In this document: positions 1-8,883 of the stretch, piece by piece
How positions within the stretch are numbered: position 1 is the first letter of the stretch
Layout: every line of letters begins with the position of its first letter
Assembly: GCA_012523075.1 (NCBI GenBank)
Contig: JAAYJF010000075.1
Coordinates: 21,009 to 85,008, forward strand
DNA from: Clostridiales bacterium
GTDB lineage: Bacteria > Bacillota > Clostridia > Ch29
Direction of reading: 5' to 3'
DNA length: 64,000 bases
The notes under the pieces: model-generated
Told to the model about the DNA's origin: nothing
The model's input: the letters and a program-made list of their open reading frames with translations, nothing else
The model's database searches: none
Position numbers and translations under genes: made by a program

Positions 1-1124
1 TAGAGTATTGTAGAATACTCGGTCAGGCCTTCGTCCAGCCATGCTTCCGTGTACTGGTTGCTGCCAACTATTCCGTACCACCATTGGTGCGCAGTTTCGT
101 GCACAGTTATATATTCCAGCGTAAACAGCCTTTCAATATTATATAACTCTTTGCTAATTAAAACAAGATTTGGGTACTCCATTCCTCCCACAAAAAAGTC
201 TGCCGCCACAACTGAATAGGTCTTGTAGGGATATTTACCGAAACACCGATTAAAAACTGATATCGCATCGGTAGCAAACTCCAGGGTTTTCTTACCGGTT
301 TCTTTATCAAAATAATAGGACTTTATCGTAATACCGTCGGATTTTTTACTGCTTACCAAAAATTCCTCCGAAGCGACCCACGTAAAGTCCCTTACATTGT
401 CTGCCCGGATGGTCCATTCGCTGTTTTTCCCATCGTACCTGCGCTTCTTTAAAACCTCTCCCGTTGTCGCCACCGTATAGTTCTTTGGCAGTACCAGGCT
501 CACCCTGTAGTCCGCAACATCGCTGTAAAAGGGGTCTCCTATGGCGTGGTAGGGGTCCAGGTTCCATCCGTTACTATCAAACACCGCAGCAATGGGATAC
601 CAGTTGGCTGCCTTTACCGTCTTATTACCGTACCCTAACCGCCCGTGACAGTGGGGGAATTTTACCGTAAAGTATATATCAACCTCAACGGATTCTCCCG
701 GATAAAGAGGTTGCGGCAGTCTTATTCTCAACACCTGCCTGTCACCGCTTTTGTACTCCCAGTCACCGGGCTGTCCCCCCACCTGGACGCTATCGATATT
801 CAAAAACCCGGTGTTGAACCCGTCGGGATATGCGCTGCCCCGCTCAAAGGGCTCAAAGGGCGCGGTATCTTCATTTTCAAAGGCATTGGGATAAAGATGC
901 ATATAAATGTCTTCGAAGATGGTCTCGCTATTGTTATAGTATGTAAGGTGCTGGTAACCCTTGAGCAGTTTTTCAACTTCGTCATAGTAGCAGTTAATAC
1001 TGTATTGGTTAACTTTTATTGCCTCCGCCGGGAACCCGGAAACTGGAGAACTATACTCCCGGAGGCAGCTACATAACATCACAAGAACTACGGCCAGCAT
1101 TATTAATGCAACAACCTTTTTCAT
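1..1124 (-). CDS. M1-family zinc metallopeptidase (aminopeptidase N-like), partial; the C-terminus runs off the window
   Basis: A minus-strand ORF is open from the window edge to an ATG at 1124, preceded by a GGGAGG ribosome-binding site. The N-terminus MKKVVALIMLAVVLVMLCSC is a lipoprotein signal. HETAHQWWYG (HEXXH) and the downstream WLDEGLTEY glutamate motif lie near the window edge. It is missing from the ORF track because it is truncated. Confidence 0.8.
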   Translation of the reverse strand, partial: MKKVVALIMLAVVLVMLCSCLREYSSPVSGFPAEAIKVNQYSINCYYDEVEKLLKGYQHLTYYNNSETIFEDIYMHLYPNAFENEDTAPFEPFERGSAYPDGFNTGFLNIDSVQVGGQPGDWEYKSGDRQVLRIRLPQPLYPGESVEVDIYFTVKFPHCHGRLGYGNKTVKAANWYPIAAVFDSNGWNLDPYHAIGDPFYSDVADYRVSLVLPKNYTVATTGEVLKKRRYDGKNSEWTIRADNVRDFTWVASEEFLVSSKKSDGITIKSYYFDKETGKKTLEFATDAISVFNRCFGKYPYKTYSVVAADFFVGGMEYPNLVLISKELYNIERLFTLEYITVHETAHQWWYGIVGSNQYTEAWLDEGLTEYSTIL

Positions 1125-1200
1125 GTTCTATCCTCCCTAAAATCAATGGGGAAAACCTAACACACTTCACACGTCACAGTACGGTTTATCCCCTATCCTA

Positions 1201-1320
1201 ATATACAATACGCTAATTGTATTGCATTCCTTTACCTGCCATCCCGAAGAAGCGAAGCCAGAAGAATCTGACAGCCGCTTCGCTCAGCATGATGCGTCAG
1301 GAGGTGCAAAGTTTTAAATG
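1201..1320 (+). repeat. Dispersed composite intergenic repeat, copy 1
   Basis: Shares its 5' end (ATACAAYRCGCTAATWGTATTGCATTCCTTTAYCTG), internal CCGAAGAAGCGAAGCC / GAAGAATCTGAC units and its 3' end (..AAAGTTTTAAATG) with copies at 6893, 46001 and 61403 (reverse). Confidence 0.6.
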
Positions 1321-1418
1321 CATTATATATATAATATTTTTATGCTCCGGTAGGAAGGGTGATAACTAATATGTTATAATGTAGAAAAAAGCGCAGACTA
1401 TTCTTTTGGAGTGATAAT

Positions 1419-2447
1419 ATGCAATTCATCAAGGGAAAACCTGGCATAGATATAGAGGATACGCCGGTGGAAAACATTTTTATTGATGCCTTTATGCCGT
1501 CCGCAGAGGGAAACTTTGTAAAGGTATACCTGCTTGGATATAAGTACGCCTGCAGCCGGGACCGCTCATCGGGTTTTTCCAACGAGACCATCGCCCGGGC
1601 GCTGGATATTCCGGTAACAACGGTTTTGAAGGCATGGGATTATTGGGAGAAAAGGGGTATAATCAAAAAACACTACCGGAAAGAAGATAAATCCAACTTC
1701 TCCGTAGAATTCTTAAGCCTTAAACAGCTGTACATAGACAACTACCGTAGCGTATCCGACAACACCCTCGAAGGGTCGAGGGGCGCCTACACCCCCTCGG
1801 ACCTTATGCAGGCCATGGGCGATACAAGAATCAGGGATATGTTCAACGAGGTGCAAAAGATTATATGCCGGCCCTTAACCCCCAGCGAAAGCTTGCAGTG
1901 CCTGGAGTGGCTTTACGATTTAAAGATGGCTCCGGAGATAATAGAGGAAGCCTTCCGGTATTCGGTAGAAAAAAAAGGGGTTAAGAGTATAAGGTATGTA
2001 AACGCCATTATAAGTAGCTGGTACGACAATAACATAAACACGCTGGAGAGGCTTTCCGAGCACCTGGAGGTTACCGACGCCAGGTACAGCCGGTACAATG
2101 CGGTGATGAAGGCTCTGGGAAGACCCAAAAACCCGACAAGAATTGAAAAACAGTATATTGGTAAATGGCTGGATGAATACGCTATGCCAGTGGATGTGAT
2201 ACTGAAAGCCTGCGACAAGGCCGTTATCCAGACACCTAATCCCCCGCTCAATTATGTGGACGGGATAATAACAAAATGGTACAGGGACGGGGTAAAGACC
2301 CTTTCCGATATACCGGATGGGAAAAAAGAACCTAAGCCCCAAAAACGTAAAGGCGTAAGAAATAGATTCCACAACTTTGACCAGCCGGCGCTTAAACTGA
2401 CAAACGAACAGCTCAAGGAAATACTTAACAAACACAGGGATGCTTAG
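1419..2447 (+). CDS. DnaD-domain replication initiation / membrane attachment protein (B. subtilis DnaB-like, two DDBH2-type repeats)
   Basis: 342-aa ORF with a GGAGTGA ribosome-binding site. Two DnaD-like C-terminal repeats (..YVNAIISSWYDNNINTLE.., ..YVDGIITKWYRDGVKTLSD..). Immediately followed by a DnaI-like loader gene. Confidence 0.75.
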   Translation: MQFIKGKPGIDIEDTPVENIFIDAFMPSAEGNFVKVYLLGYKYACSRDRSSGFSNETIARALDIPVTTVLKAWDYWEKRGIIKKHYRKEDKSNFSVEFLSLKQLYIDNYRSVSDNTLEGSRGAYTPSDLMQAMGDTRIRDMFNEVQKIICRPLTPSESLQCLEWLYDLKMAPEIIEEAFRYSVEKKGVKSIRYVNAIISSWYDNNINTLERLSEHLEVTDARYSRYNAVMKALGRPKNPTRIEKQYIGKWLDEYAMPVDVILKACDKAVIQTPNPPLNYVDGIITKWYRDGVKTLSDIPDGKKEPKPQKRKGVRNRFHNFDQPALKLTNEQLKEILNKHRDA

Positions 2448-2458
2448 ATTGTGGGAGA

Positions 2459-3442
2459 GTGTGGTATATGGAAAAAAACATAAACGAAATACTAAGAGAA
2501 TATGAAGCTTTGCAGTCCCGGGCAGAAAAGGAAAAGAAGGAAAGGGCGGAGAAAATCCATCGGAAAATACCGCGGATACGGGAGATTGATGACACCATAA
2601 GCAGGCTAGGCCTTGAGTGCACTTCCTATTCCATAGGCCTTAAACCCTCCGAGCAGAAGGAATACCTGGAGGCCTTTGCCCGGAAGGTGGAGAAGCTTAA
2701 ACATGAAAAAACAGCCCTCCTTAAGGACCACGGCTATCCTCCGGACTATATGGAGATAAAATACCAGTGCCAAAACTGCAGCGATACAGGGTACATAGGG
2801 CAAAAAAAATGCGCCTGTTTTAGACAAAGGCTGATAGACAGGGCATATAATCAATCCAACCTAGGTAGCGTTCTGTCCAGGGAGAACTTTGGAACCTTTG
2901 ATATCAATCTTTTTCCTGATGAAAAATTCCAGGGCCATTCAAAAACACCCAGGCAGAACATGCTGGATATTTTAAGCCGATGCGAGGCCTTTACGCATAA
3001 CTTCGAAAAGGACAACGGCGAAAATCTGCTTTTATACGGTGGTACCGGGCTGGGTAAAACCTTTTTATGCAACTGCATAGCCAAAAAACTGCTGGATAAG
3101 GGAAAAACAGTACTGTACCTTACCGCCTTCAAGCTGTTTAGAATACTGGAGGAATACCGTTTCCGACCAATGGATGCAGCGCCGAATAAGGAGATGCTGG
3201 ATTTTATTTTAACCTGTGACCTTCTAATAATTGACGACCTGGGAACGGAGCTTGCAAACAGCTTTACCAACTCAGAGCTGTTCAACATTATAAACACCCG
3301 GCTTTTAGAGAGGAAAAAAACTATTATTTCCACTAATCTTCAGCCGAATGACCTAATTGATATTTATGGTCAAAGAGTATTCTCAAGAATATCTGCCCGC
3401 TACAGGGCACTGGAGTTTTATGGTCATGACCTGAGGATGTAA
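2459..3442 (+). CDS. dnaI: Primosomal helicase loader DnaI (DnaC/IstB-like AAA+ ATPase)
   Basis: N-terminal Cys4 zinc module (CQNCSDTGYIGQKKCAC). Walker A GGTGLGKT and Walker B LLIIDDLG. GGGAGAGTG ribosome-binding site. Forms an operon-like pair with the upstream DnaD-domain gene. Confidence 0.8.
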   Translation: MWYMEKNINEILREYEALQSRAEKEKKERAEKIHRKIPRIREIDDTISRLGLECTSYSIGLKPSEQKEYLEAFARKVEKLKHEKTALLKDHGYPPDYMEIKYQCQNCSDTGYIGQKKCACFRQRLIDRAYNQSNLGSVLSRENFGTFDINLFPDEKFQGHSKTPRQNMLDILSRCEAFTHNFEKDNGENLLLYGGTGLGKTFLCNCIAKKLLDKGKTVLYLTAFKLFRILEEYRFRPMDAAPNKEMLDFILTCDLLIIDDLGTELANSFTNSELFNIINTRLLERKKTIISTNLQPNDLIDIYGQRVFSRISARYRALEFYGHDLRM

Positions 3443-3482
3443 AGAAAAAAACACCGCGTTTTTCTGCAGTGTTTGGATTAAA

Positions 3483-3558
3483 TGGAGCTGGTGATGGGAC
3501 TCGAACCCGCAACCTGCTGATTACAAATCAGCTGCTCTACCGATTGAGCTACACCAGC
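3483..3558 (-). tRNA. tRNA-Thr (anticodon UGU)
   Basis: The reverse complement folds as a cloverleaf: acceptor GCTGGTG/CACCAGC, D-stem GCTC/GAGC, anticodon stem GCTGA/TCAGC with loop TTTGTAA, T-loop TTCGAGT, genome-encoded CCA. One C-A mismatch in the T-stem. Confidence 0.75.
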
Positions 3559-3661
3559 ATCTTGAGAAGTGGGAGGTGGGATGAGAGATGTGGGATTTTA
3601 GTATTGCTATTAAGCACTACCCGCATTCTCACCTCCCACCTCATGCTTCCCACTTCACATT

Positions 3662-3739
3662 TGGCGACCCGGAAGGGACTCGAACCCTCGACCTCCAGCG
3701 TGACAGGCTGGCATTCTAACCAATCTGAACTACCGGGCC
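3662..3739 (-). tRNA. tRNA-Asp (anticodon GUC)
   Basis: The reverse complement reads GGCCCGGTAGTTCAGATTGGTTAGAATGCCAGCCTGTCACGCTGGAGGTCGAGGGTTCGAGTCCCTTCCGGGTCGCCA, closely matching Firmicute tRNA-Asp. Encoded CCA. Confidence 0.85.
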
Positions 3740-3744
3740 GGATA

Positions 3745-3820
3745 TGGTGACCCATCAGGGACTCGAACCCTGGACACCCTGATTAAGAGTCAGGTGCTCT
3801 ACCAACTGAGCTAATGAGTC
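3745..3820 (-). tRNA. tRNA-Lys (anticodon CUU)
   Basis: The reverse complement reads GACTCATTAGCTCAGTTGGTAGAGCACCTGACTCTTAATCAGGGTGTCCAGGGTTCGAGTCCCTGATGGGTCACCA with a canonical cloverleaf and encoded CCA. Confidence 0.85.
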
Positions 3821-3835
3821 TTAGGTCACTAAAAT

Positions 3836-3864
3836 ATAATAAACCAAAACCGTTTTATTGTCAA
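3836..3864 (-). promoter_or_regulatory. SigA-type promoter for the tRNA Lys-Asp-Thr operon
   Basis: On the minus strand: TTGACA, a 17-bp spacer, then TATTAT, roughly 15 nt upstream of the tRNA-Lys 5' end. Confidence 0.45.
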
Positions 3865-3984
3865 TATGCCGTGCTAAGGAGTCAGCTGGTAATTTAAAGT
3901 CGCTGTTAGTTTTGATTGCTAACATAAAATACAATTTCATATGGCGAGCTTAAAAAAGCTTAAGCCTCCACATTTATCCGGGGA

Positions 3985-5382
3985 TTAAGCCTCGGGTTGA
4001 ATGCTGTCATCTGATTGGTCTATTATCTTCTTTTTCTTCCACCGACCCGATGCATAGTAAACCCTGCTCATAAGCATACTGAAAACTGTACTTAATACAA
4101 TCGCTATCCAGATTCCGTTGGCGCCAAACCCAGCCACTCCGGACAAAAATGCAGCCAGCGGAAGCCGTATAATCCACAGGGAAGTTATGGAGAAAATCAT
4201 GGTTGCCATAGTGTCTCCCGCTCCCCGCAAAAAACCGTTTGTTACAAACATGACCGCCGAAAACACGTAGGAAAGGCTAAGGATACGCAGCACCCGGCCC
4301 GCCTGTTCAAGCAACACTTTGTCGGTTGTGAAAAGCGCCAACACCGCCCCGGGAGTCAGCTGGGCAACTAGGGTAAGCACCACCGAAATTCCCACCGCCA
4401 GTATGGTGGACCACTTAACGGCCTCCCTCACGTTCTGTTCGTTACCGGCTCCAATGTTTTGCCCCGCAATGGCCGATGTAGCCATGGAAATGGATTGCGA
4501 AGGCATAATGGCAAACTGGTCCAGCCTGGATGTCATACCAAAGATGGCTACCACCTCGGTACCAAAGGAGTTAATTAAAGAACTGACCACCAGCATTCCC
4601 ACCGACACCACCGACATCTGGATACCCGATGGAATGCCTATCTTCACTGTCTTGGCTGTTATCTCCCTGTCAAACACAAAGCCTTTTAAGTTTATGCTCA
4701 AAAGATGGTCCCTGCTGTTCAAATAAAAAACAGCAATGAAAAAGGAAATACCCTGGGCAACGGTGGTGGCCAGGGCCGCCCCCGCTATTCCCATCCTGGG
4801 AAAAGGGCCTACTCCAAGTATCAGTAGCGGGTCCAGAACTATGTTTATGACGGTGGATATAGCAAGGAACAAAAGCGGAGTCCTGGAGTCTCCCAGGCCC
4901 CTTAATATGGCACTCACCGCATTGTAACCGAACATAAAAATGAGCCCCAGCAGAAATATGTTTAAATACTCGGCTGCCATGGCCATTATTTCGTCGGGAG
5001 TGTTTATCAGCCTTAGAATGTGTTTGTTGAAGGTAATGCCCAGCACCGTTGCCACCAGAGCAGCAGCCATTAGCAGTACCAAGGTATTGTTTATGACTCT
5101 TTTGACCATTTTTGTCTGTTTTGCACCTGTGTATTGTGCTATCAGTACGGTGGACCCTATGGTTATGCCCATTACCAGCGAAATTAAGACAAATATTATG
5201 GGAAAGCTGACCGATACCGCCCCGAGGGCCTCGGGACCCAGAAATCTGCCCACCCATATGCTGTCCACGGTATTGTACAGCGCCTGAAGCATATTACCCA
5301 AAAGCATTGGTATTGAAAAGGAAATAACATGCCCAAGCATGCTTCCCTGTGTTAAGTCGTAGCCTCCCTGTGTACCCTTCAT
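3985..5382 (-). CDS. MATE-family multidrug/oligosaccharidyl-lipid efflux transporter
   Basis: 465 aa with 12 predicted TM helices and typical MATE sequence (..GAALATTVAQGI..). AAGAAGGTG ribosome-binding site. Confidence 0.85.
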   Translation of the reverse strand: MKGTQGGYDLTQGSMLGHVISFSIPMLLGNMLQALYNTVDSIWVGRFLGPEALGAVSVSFPIIFVLISLVMGITIGSTVLIAQYTGAKQTKMVKRVINNTLVLLMAAALVATVLGITFNKHILRLINTPDEIMAMAAEYLNIFLLGLIFMFGYNAVSAILRGLGDSRTPLLFLAISTVINIVLDPLLILGVGPFPRMGIAGAALATTVAQGISFFIAVFYLNSRDHLLSINLKGFVFDREITAKTVKIGIPSGIQMSVVSVGMLVVSSLINSFGTEVVAIFGMTSRLDQFAIMPSQSISMATSAIAGQNIGAGNEQNVREAVKWSTILAVGISVVLTLVAQLTPGAVLALFTTDKVLLEQAGRVLRILSLSYVFSAVMFVTNGFLRGAGDTMATMIFSITSLWIIRLPLAAFLSGVAGFGANGIWIAIVLSTVFSMLMSRVYYASGRWKKKKIIDQSDDSIQPEA

Positions 5383-5464
5383 CCTTGCACCTTCTTTATA
5401 TTAAATCTGTCCCGTTATTTCGGTTCGTAGCGCTTCCATCCCCTTGGCCGGCACAAAAACCGGC

Positions 5465-6865
5465 TTAGCGGGCTATTTCCCTTGCCACTATTATTCCAGT
5501 CACCGATGCTTGCATAAGACCCCTTGTTATCCCCGCTCCATCACCTATTGTATACAGGTTCTTAATACCGGTCTGAAACCGGCTGTCAACCTCAACCTTA
5601 CTGCTGTAGAACTTGACTTCGCACCCGTATAGCAACGTGTTCCTAGAATAAAGGTTGGGTGCCAGCTTATCAAAGGCCCGCAACGCCTCCACTATGGAGG
5701 TCAGGTGCCGGTCGGGAAATACGAAGCTTAAATCCCCCGGAACGGCACTTTTTAAAGTGGGTATGGTGGTGGATTTTTTGAGCCTGTCCGGACTGGTTCT
5801 TCTACCCTTAAGCAGGTCCCCCAGCCTTTGGACCATAATGCCTCCCCCCGTCAGCATGTTTGCAAGCTTTGCTATATATTTACCGTATTCTATTGGCTGG
5901 TTAAAGGGCTCTGTGAAGGTGGTGGATACGAGCAGCGCAAAATTGGTATTAGCCGTACGCAAGCCCGGGTCGGAATAGCTGTGGCCGTTTACCACCACAA
6001 GGTCCTCCTCATAGCGTTCCTCCGACACCACTCCTCCGGGATTCATGCAAAAGGTTCTTGCCTTATTCTCAAAGGTGTCGGAGTAATATATAAGCTTTGC
6101 CTCGTAGAGGTCCCGGGTGAGATGGTCCATAACCGAATTGGGGACCTCCACCCTCACGCCAATATCCACCGCATTGTTACTGGTACCGATACCCAGCCGG
6201 TTGGCCTGTTCCGAAAGCCAGTGGGCTCCTCCCCTGCCCGGGGCCACCACCACATGGTTTGCCCCAATCTCCATGGCTTCCCCGTTTTTATGCCTTGCCC
6301 TCACCCCCGTCACCTTGCCCTCCGAAACGGAAATATCCTCAACGGTTGTAAGTTCCCTAAACTCCACTCCCTTGTCCATAAGGTAATCATACATGGCCCT
6401 GAGTACTTGGAAGGCCCTGTCGGTGCCAAGATGCCGGACCGGGCAGGGTACCAGTTTGATACTATGCCTAGACGCCTCATACACCAATTCCTCTACCCTT
6501 TTTTCGTTGAGACCGTGCACCTCCGGCCCTGCGCCAAATTTAAGATAAATATCATCGGCGTATTTTATCAATTCCTCCGCCTGCTCTGCGGATATATAGT
6601 CGGTTATATTGCCGCCCACTTCCGGACTCAGCGAAAGCTTACCGTCGCTGAAGGCCCCCGCTCCGGCCCAGCCGGTTACTATTGAGCACGGATCGCAGTT
6701 TATGCATTTCTTTTCCCGGGCGGGGCACCTTCTAGTGCTTATTCTGCGCCCTTTATCCAGCATGACTATGTCGCTGTTCCCGCGCTCTACCAGTTCCAGG
6801 GCTGTAAATATGCCTGCGGGTCCGGAACCCACAATTATTACATCAAATTTATCCTTAAGCGCCAT
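5465..6865 (-). CDS. FAD-dependent oxidoreductase (COG2509-like NAD(FAD)-utilising dehydrogenase)
   Basis: N-terminal Rossmann motif VIIVGSGPAG; 466 aa; AAGGAGGGG ribosome-binding site. Confidence 0.7.
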   Translation of the reverse strand: MALKDKFDVIIVGSGPAGIFTALELVERGNSDIVMLDKGRRISTRRCPAREKKCINCDPCSIVTGWAGAGAFSDGKLSLSPEVGGNITDYISAEQAEELIKYADDIYLKFGAGPEVHGLNEKRVEELVYEASRHSIKLVPCPVRHLGTDRAFQVLRAMYDYLMDKGVEFRELTTVEDISVSEGKVTGVRARHKNGEAMEIGANHVVVAPGRGGAHWLSEQANRLGIGTSNNAVDIGVRVEVPNSVMDHLTRDLYEAKLIYYSDTFENKARTFCMNPGGVVSEERYEEDLVVVNGHSYSDPGLRTANTNFALLVSTTFTEPFNQPIEYGKYIAKLANMLTGGGIMVQRLGDLLKGRRTSPDRLKKSTTIPTLKSAVPGDLSFVFPDRHLTSIVEALRAFDKLAPNLYSRNTLLYGCEVKFYSSKVEVDSRFQTGIKNLYTIGDGAGITRGLMQASVTGIIVAREIAR

Positions 6866-6892
6866 AGAAGCCCCTCCTTACTCATAAATAAC

Positions 6893-7110
6893 TCACCAAT
6901 AGTGTTACATTTCATTATCTGTCATTCCGAAGAAGAAAGCCCGAAGAATCCGACTTTGTCGTTCTGAACGCAGTGAAGAATCTTACACTTTCAACAACCT
7001 GAAGGTCCTTCGTTTCACTCAGGATGACAGGCATTATGCAAGGTCCTTCGCTTCGCAAGATCCTTCGCTTCGCTCAGGATGACAGCTGCTGCACTCAGCA
7101 TGACAACCAT
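6893..7110 (+). repeat. Dispersed composite intergenic repeat, copy 2 (contains several GTCATYC...GAAGRATC units in both orientations)
   Basis: Begins CACCAATAGTGTTACATTTCATTATCTGTCATTCCGAAGAAGAAAGCCCGAAGAATCCGAC, then runs through GATCCTTCGCTTCGCTCAGGATGACAG units. Homologous to the 1201, 46001 and 61403 copies. Confidence 0.6.
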
Positions 7111-7141
7111 TGCGGCAAAATAAAACAGCCCTGGGGCTGTC
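7111..7141 (-). terminator. Rho-independent terminator after the DUF1858 gene
   Basis: On the minus strand: ACAGCCCC AGGGGCTGT hairpin followed by TTTATTTT. Confidence 0.5.
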
Positions 7142-7348
7142 CTATTCCTTTTCGAAGTATTCGTTTAGATCCTCCAAAAGGTCGTCGGCGTTTATACCGT
7201 GGACGGCACTGGCCTCCTCGATGCTTTCCCCTGAAGAGGCAGGGCATCCGATACAGTGCATACCGTGCTTCATGAATACTGAAGCGGCGCCCCTGTCCAT
7301 CATCAGCACTTGGGCAATAGTCATATCCTTGGTTACTTTTTTCGACAT
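7142..7348 (-). CDS. DUF1858-domain small redox protein (hybrid-cluster-protein-associated redox disulfide family)
   Basis: 68 aa with a CIGC motif, MSKKVTKDMTIAQVL..GMHCIGCPAS..; GGAGGGAACCCC ribosome-binding-site-like sequence upstream. Confidence 0.6.
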   Translation of the reverse strand: MSKKVTKDMTIAQVLMMDRGAASVFMKHGMHCIGCPASSGESIEEASAVHGINADDLLEDLNEYFEKE

Positions 7349-7452
7349 TGGGGTTCCCTCCTTTTAATTATTAGCATTACCATTATTGTTAATATTACTA
7401 TCCCTCTAAAGCCGTTTCCAAACAAAAACTGGGCATGCTTTACGGTTTTATG

Positions 7453-7501
7453 TTATCCACACCCGATGTAAAACTATCCACAATTATCCACACTGTCCAC
7501 A
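7453..7501. promoter_or_regulatory. DnaA-box cluster outside oriC (four boxes in the same orientation)
   Basis: TTATCCACA at ~7453, CTATCCACA at ~7474, TTATCCACA at ~7484 and CTGTCCACA at ~7493, head to tail. The cluster lies between the dnaB (helicase) stop and the DUF1858 gene start. Confidence 0.7.
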
Positions 7502-7532
7502 GAGATATGCACAAACACACATTCTTATTTCG

Positions 7533-8867
7533 CTAATTTTCCTCAAGTTTCGCCATGTCCGCAAACTTTGTATACTTATCCAGCCATACCAGCTCCACCA
7601 TGCCGGTGGGACCGTTCCTCTGCTTTGCCAGTATTATTTCGGCGATTCCCTTTTTCTCTGTATCGGCGTTATAGTATTCATCCCTGTAAAGGAACATCAC
7701 CACATCGGCATCCTGCTCTATGGCACCGGATTCCCTTAAATCGGACAGCATCGGTCGGTGCTCTGAGCGCATTTCCGGTGCCCTGCTAAGCTGTGACATG
7801 GCCAGAACCGGGCAATCCATCTCCCTGGCCAGGGCTTTGAGCGACCTGGAAATTTCAGATATTTCCTGTTGTCTGCTTTCCGACCGTCCGCCTCCCTGCA
7901 TAAGTTGAAGGTAATCTATAAGTATCAGCTCAAGGCCTCTTTCCAGCTTAAGCCTTCTGCACTTGGAACGCATCTCCGCCACCGTTATCCCCGGCGTATC
8001 GTCTATATAGATGTTCGCCTCCGAAAGCCTGCTCACTGCAGCGGCAAGCCTTGGCCAGTCATCGTCTCCGAGGTTCCCGGTACGAAGCCTGTGGCTGTCA
8101 ATATTTGCTTCGGCACAAATCATACGGTTTACCAGCTGCTCCTTGGACATCTCAAGGCTGAATATCGCCACCGAAACCTTGGCTTTCAGGGCAGCGTACT
8201 GGGCAATATTTAGCGCAAAGGCGGTCTTTCCCATAGAAGGCCTTGCGGCCACCAGTACCAAATCACTTCTTTGCAGCCCGGAGGTCTTGCTATCAATATC
8301 CGCAAAGCCGGTGGGAACCCCTGTTAGCCTGCCCTTTGTATTGTACAGCTCCTCTATTCTGTTGAAACTGGAAACAAGTATATCCTTAAGGGGAATAAAT
8401 CCCTTGGAGGTCCGCTTCTGGGAGATGTCGAATATCCCCTTCTCGGCAAACTCTATTATCTCTGCAGCTTCCTTCGCCGCCTGGTAGCTCATATCAGAAA
8501 TTTCTCCGCAGGCCTTTATTAACCTTCTTAGCAGAGCCTTTTCCTGAATAATCCTAGCGTAATGGTCCACGTTGGCTATGGTGGGTACGCTGGAGGACAT
8601 ATCGGTCAAAAATGCCACACCGCCGACGGCTTCGAGGGTGTTCCTCTGCCTTAACTGCTCCGAAAGGGTTACAAGGTCAACGGGCTCCCCTTTGTCAAAA
8701 AGCTGCATTACAGCCTCATAGACTTCCCTATGGCTGTCCTTGTAAAAGTCCTCCGGTTTAATATATTCGGAAGCAGTTATTATAGCCTCCCGGTCTAACA
8801 GCATCGCGCCCAAAACCGACTGCTCGGCTTCGATGCTGTGGGGAGGTATTTTGCCTATCGACTGCAT
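7533..8867 (-). CDS. dnaB: Replicative DNA helicase DnaB (B. subtilis DnaC)
   Basis: N-terminal IEAEQSVLGAML, Walker A RPSMGKTAF, RecA-like C-terminal domain. The track ORF uses TTG at 8894. The ATG at MQSIGK.. (~8867), 16 nt after the Lon-like stop, is the more likely start. Confidence 0.9.
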   Translation of the reverse strand: MQSIGKIPPHSIEAEQSVLGAMLLDREAIITASEYIKPEDFYKDSHREVYEAVMQLFDKGEPVDLVTLSEQLRQRNTLEAVGGVAFLTDMSSSVPTIANVDHYARIIQEKALLRRLIKACGEISDMSYQAAKEAAEIIEFAEKGIFDISQKRTSKGFIPLKDILVSSFNRIEELYNTKGRLTGVPTGFADIDSKTSGLQRSDLVLVAARPSMGKTAFALNIAQYAALKAKVSVAIFSLEMSKEQLVNRMICAEANIDSHRLRTGNLGDDDWPRLAAAVSRLSEANIYIDDTPGITVAEMRSKCRRLKLERGLELILIDYLQLMQGGGRSESRQQEISEISRSLKALAREMDCPVLAMSQLSRAPEMRSEHRPMLSDLRESGAIEQDADVVMFLYRDEYYNADTEKKGIAEIILAKQRNGPTGMVELVWLDKYTKFADMAKLEEN

Positions 8868-8883
8868 TTTCTCCACCACCCGT

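Noticed and set aside
645-1076. Plus-strand 143-aa ORF and other small ORFs at the left edge
   Set aside because: They are antisense to, or out of frame with, the clearly homologous M1 peptidase gene on the minus strand. That gene is truncated by the window edge and therefore absent from the track.
1913-2435. Long antisense ORFs inside dnaD-like, gyrA, nrdJ and the ATPase gene (for example 1920..2435-, 59036..59980-, 59701..60303-)
   Set aside because: They are entirely embedded antisense in strongly homologous genes and have no ribosome-binding sites. They are typical spurious ORFs in GC-balanced coding sequence.
3469-3755. Track ORFs 3469..3750 (+) and 3549..3755 (-)
   Set aside because: They run straight through three tRNA genes (Thr, Asp, Lys) and have no ribosome-binding site. 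They are artefacts of tRNA GC-rich sequence.
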